Shown piece by piece: positions 62,251-64,000 of a stretch of 64,000 nt of DNA. Positions within the stretch are counted from its first letter, which is position 1, and the number at the start of each line of letters is the position of its first letter. Under the pieces are notes generated by a model. The model was given only the letters and a program-made list of their open reading frames with translations, was not told the origin of the DNA and did no database searches. The position numbers and the translations under genes were made by a program. Origin of the DNA: an uncultured Methanoregulaceae archaeon (lineage in GTDB: Archaea > Halobacteriota > Methanomicrobia > Methanomicrobiales > Methanospirillaceae); NCBI GenBank assembly GCA_963701095.1, contig OY969564.1, positions 2,080,001 to 2,144,000 of the forward strand. Reading direction: 5' to 3'.

Positions 62251-63444
62251 TTACCGGAACGTGCCCTCTACACGATGAGGAAGAACACACTCCACAAAAC
62301 GTTTTAAAAAATACCGGTCTGTCATACCGGCAATAAAATCCCGGACAATCCCTGCGGGAGGTGTCTTTTGGAGGTAATCCCCGTTGACCCAGGGGGCGTT
62401 TATAAAATCTGTAAAAATCCTTGAACTATGCCGATCTCCCTCAATATCCTTAAGATAGGTCGAAAACAGGACGTGGTACATACCGCGTATTTTCTCCCAT
62501 TCGGCAGTTAGTTTCGGACTATTGTAAATATGGTCCCGCGAGAAAATACGAAAATCTGTGAGCGTCCGTTCTATTTCCCGGCTATAGGAAATAACTCCCT
62601 TGTCCACAGAGTCGCTGTTGTCAACCAGATCATGGATAAGGGTGTCAACAATAGAGCGATTGTCCTCTCCGAATATCTCCTTGAATTCCCGGGGGACTTC
62701 TTCCGGGCCTTTTATTATACCGATTTCCTGAGCGTCCTGAAGATCACGACCAATATAGGCAATAGTATCTGCAAATTTTACTACACATCCCTCAAGAGTC
62801 ATGGGAGCAATGGCCCTGTTTCCTGCTTCGCAGGCCTCGAATTTACGGTCAAATTCCAGCCAGTTATGGCAAGGTTTGGGAGAGATTGAGAGATCATCGG
62901 CTTCTCCATTATGGCAAAGTATCCCGTCCAGTACCTGAAGCGTTAAATCCTGATCTTCAATCCGGTCCAGTGATCTGACACTTTGAACGTTATGGGAAAA
63001 TTTTCCTATTCCGTGATCCTCACAGAGGTCAGAGAGGCAGGATTCGCCAAAGTGCCCATACGGAATGTGTCCGATATCGTGCCCCAGAGCGATAGCTTCG
63101 ATCAGGTCTTCGTTCAGGCGCAGGCACCTTCCGATGGTTCGTGCGATCTTTGAAACAAGCTGGACATGGATTACCCGGTGAGTAATGTGATCGTTTTCGA
63201 CGAGGTAAAAAACCTGTGTTTTATCGATATATCGTGTATAGGCCCTTGTATGGATAATCCGGTCCGCGTCTCTCGAATAGGGTGTACGGATATCTTCCGG
63301 TTTTCGGTTCTTCCTTCGAAGCGCCTGATAACTGCGGGATGCGTACGGAGAGAGCAGGGCTTCGCGCTCGTCAGTATACCGGTAAATGGACAACTCAAGG
63401 GTCGGTTTGCTCAGATCTCCCCGTTTTTCCATATGTATTGTCAA
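62251..63444 (-). CDS. dGTPase-like HD phosphohydrolase
   Basis: RDADRIIH, KTQV, GHDIGHIPYGH, ADTIAY and DFIAGMTD. Confidence 0.88.
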   Translation of the reverse strand: MTIHMEKRGDLSKPTLELSIYRYTDEREALLSPYASRSYQALRRKNRKPEDIRTPYSRDADRIIHTRAYTRYIDKTQVFYLVENDHITHRVIHVQLVSKIARTIGRCLRLNEDLIEAIALGHDIGHIPYGHFGESCLSDLCEDHGIGKFSHNVQSVRSLDRIEDQDLTLQVLDGILCHNGEADDLSISPKPCHNWLEFDRKFEACEAGNRAIAPMTLEGCVVKFADTIAYIGRDLQDAQEIGIIKGPEEVPREFKEIFGEDNRSIVDTLIHDLVDNSDSVDKGVISYSREIERTLTDFRIFSRDHIYNSPKLTAEWEKIRGMYHVLFSTYLKDIEGDRHSSRIFTDFINAPWVNGDYLQKTPPAGIVRDFIAGMTDRYFLKRFVECVLPHRVEGTFR

Positions 63445-63487
63445 TCCGGTGAGCAGATAACCATAACGCTGACGCTATTGGGGAGAT

Positions 63488-63970
63488 TTATCTCCCATAA
63501 GTTACTGTAGTTTCGCCGTATTGGACTACATGTCCGGTCATTGCCTGTACAAGTTGTTCATTTGTCGCACCGGGTGCGAGATCAAGCTCGGTGTCTAGTC
63601 CATAGATCTTAAAGAAGTACCGGTGTTTCTGACCATGAGGAGGACAGGGGCCGTAATAGCCGATTTTGCCAAAACTATTCGTTCCTTGGACAATCTTTAT
63701 CGGGAAGGTGACGACCGGGTCCTTTGGTATCTTTTCCGGAATGAAACGTGCGAGTTCTATATTCCATGCGATCCAGTGAATAAAACCTCCGCCGCCTGGC
63801 GCATCGGGGTCATTGCAGATAACAGCAAGACATTTGGACCTTTCGACATTTACTGCACCTACTTCGATCTCAGGAGATTTGTCTTCCCCATCGCAGGTAT
63901 ACGCACTTGTCAGGTTCACCACAGAAATTCGAACACGTAATGGCTCCATGAGGTACTCACGTCCGTTCAA
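63488..63970 (-). CDS. YbhB/YbcL PEBP-family protein
   Basis: DPDAP, FIHW, YYGPCPP and HRYFF. Confidence 0.9.
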   Translation of the reverse strand: MNGREYLMEPLRVRISVVNLTSAYTCDGEDKSPEIEVGAVNVERSKCLAVICNDPDAPGGGGFIHWIAWNIELARFIPEKIPKDPVVTFPIKIVQGTNSFGKIGYYGPCPPHGQKHRYFFKIYGLDTELDLAPGATNEQLVQAMTGHVVQYGETTVTYGR

Positions 63971-64000
63971 GAAGCAAAATGACCGGCTCTCTTGATAAAA

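Overview
This window is from a methanogenic archaeon, most likely Methanomicrobiales (Methanoregula-like), judged from gene style. Positions 1 to ~32,000 are the morphogenesis half of an integrated tailed (Caudoviricetes, siphovirus-like) provirus: terminase, portal, a protease-scaffold-capsid ORF, head-tail proteins, tail tube, a tail chaperone with a candidate +1 frameshift, a short tape measure and tail-tip genes. AT-rich cargo interrupts the viral genes at four positions: (i) an orphan 853-aa membrane protein, a PLD-SNF2 helicase and a Type IIG-like methyltransferase, (ii) a PD-(D/E)xK-like orphan, (iii) a class III nucleotidyl-cyclase-like gene with a zinc-ribbon/TM2 protein, and (iv) an orphan at 28.3-28.8 kb. 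After the first three inserts the viral genes resume behind a shared GCCC(C)TATAT promoter-like motif. A SRAP + PolB2 cassette lies at the right edge. From ~32 kb onward the genes are host-type: fen, a CDF transporter, a hybrid histidine kinase, a sulfur-relay/Fe-S cluster, a giant repeat-containing type IV pilin locus, sua5, tRNA-Gly, an HTH-FHA / beta-helix Ser/Thr kinase operon, an HD phosphohydrolase and a PEBP protein. About 13 genes and the tRNA are broken by small indels, mostly at homopolymers, which points to long-read sequencing errors rather than real pseudogenes. No integrase, att repeat or CRISPR array is visible. All calls come from reading motifs by eye; no searches were run.
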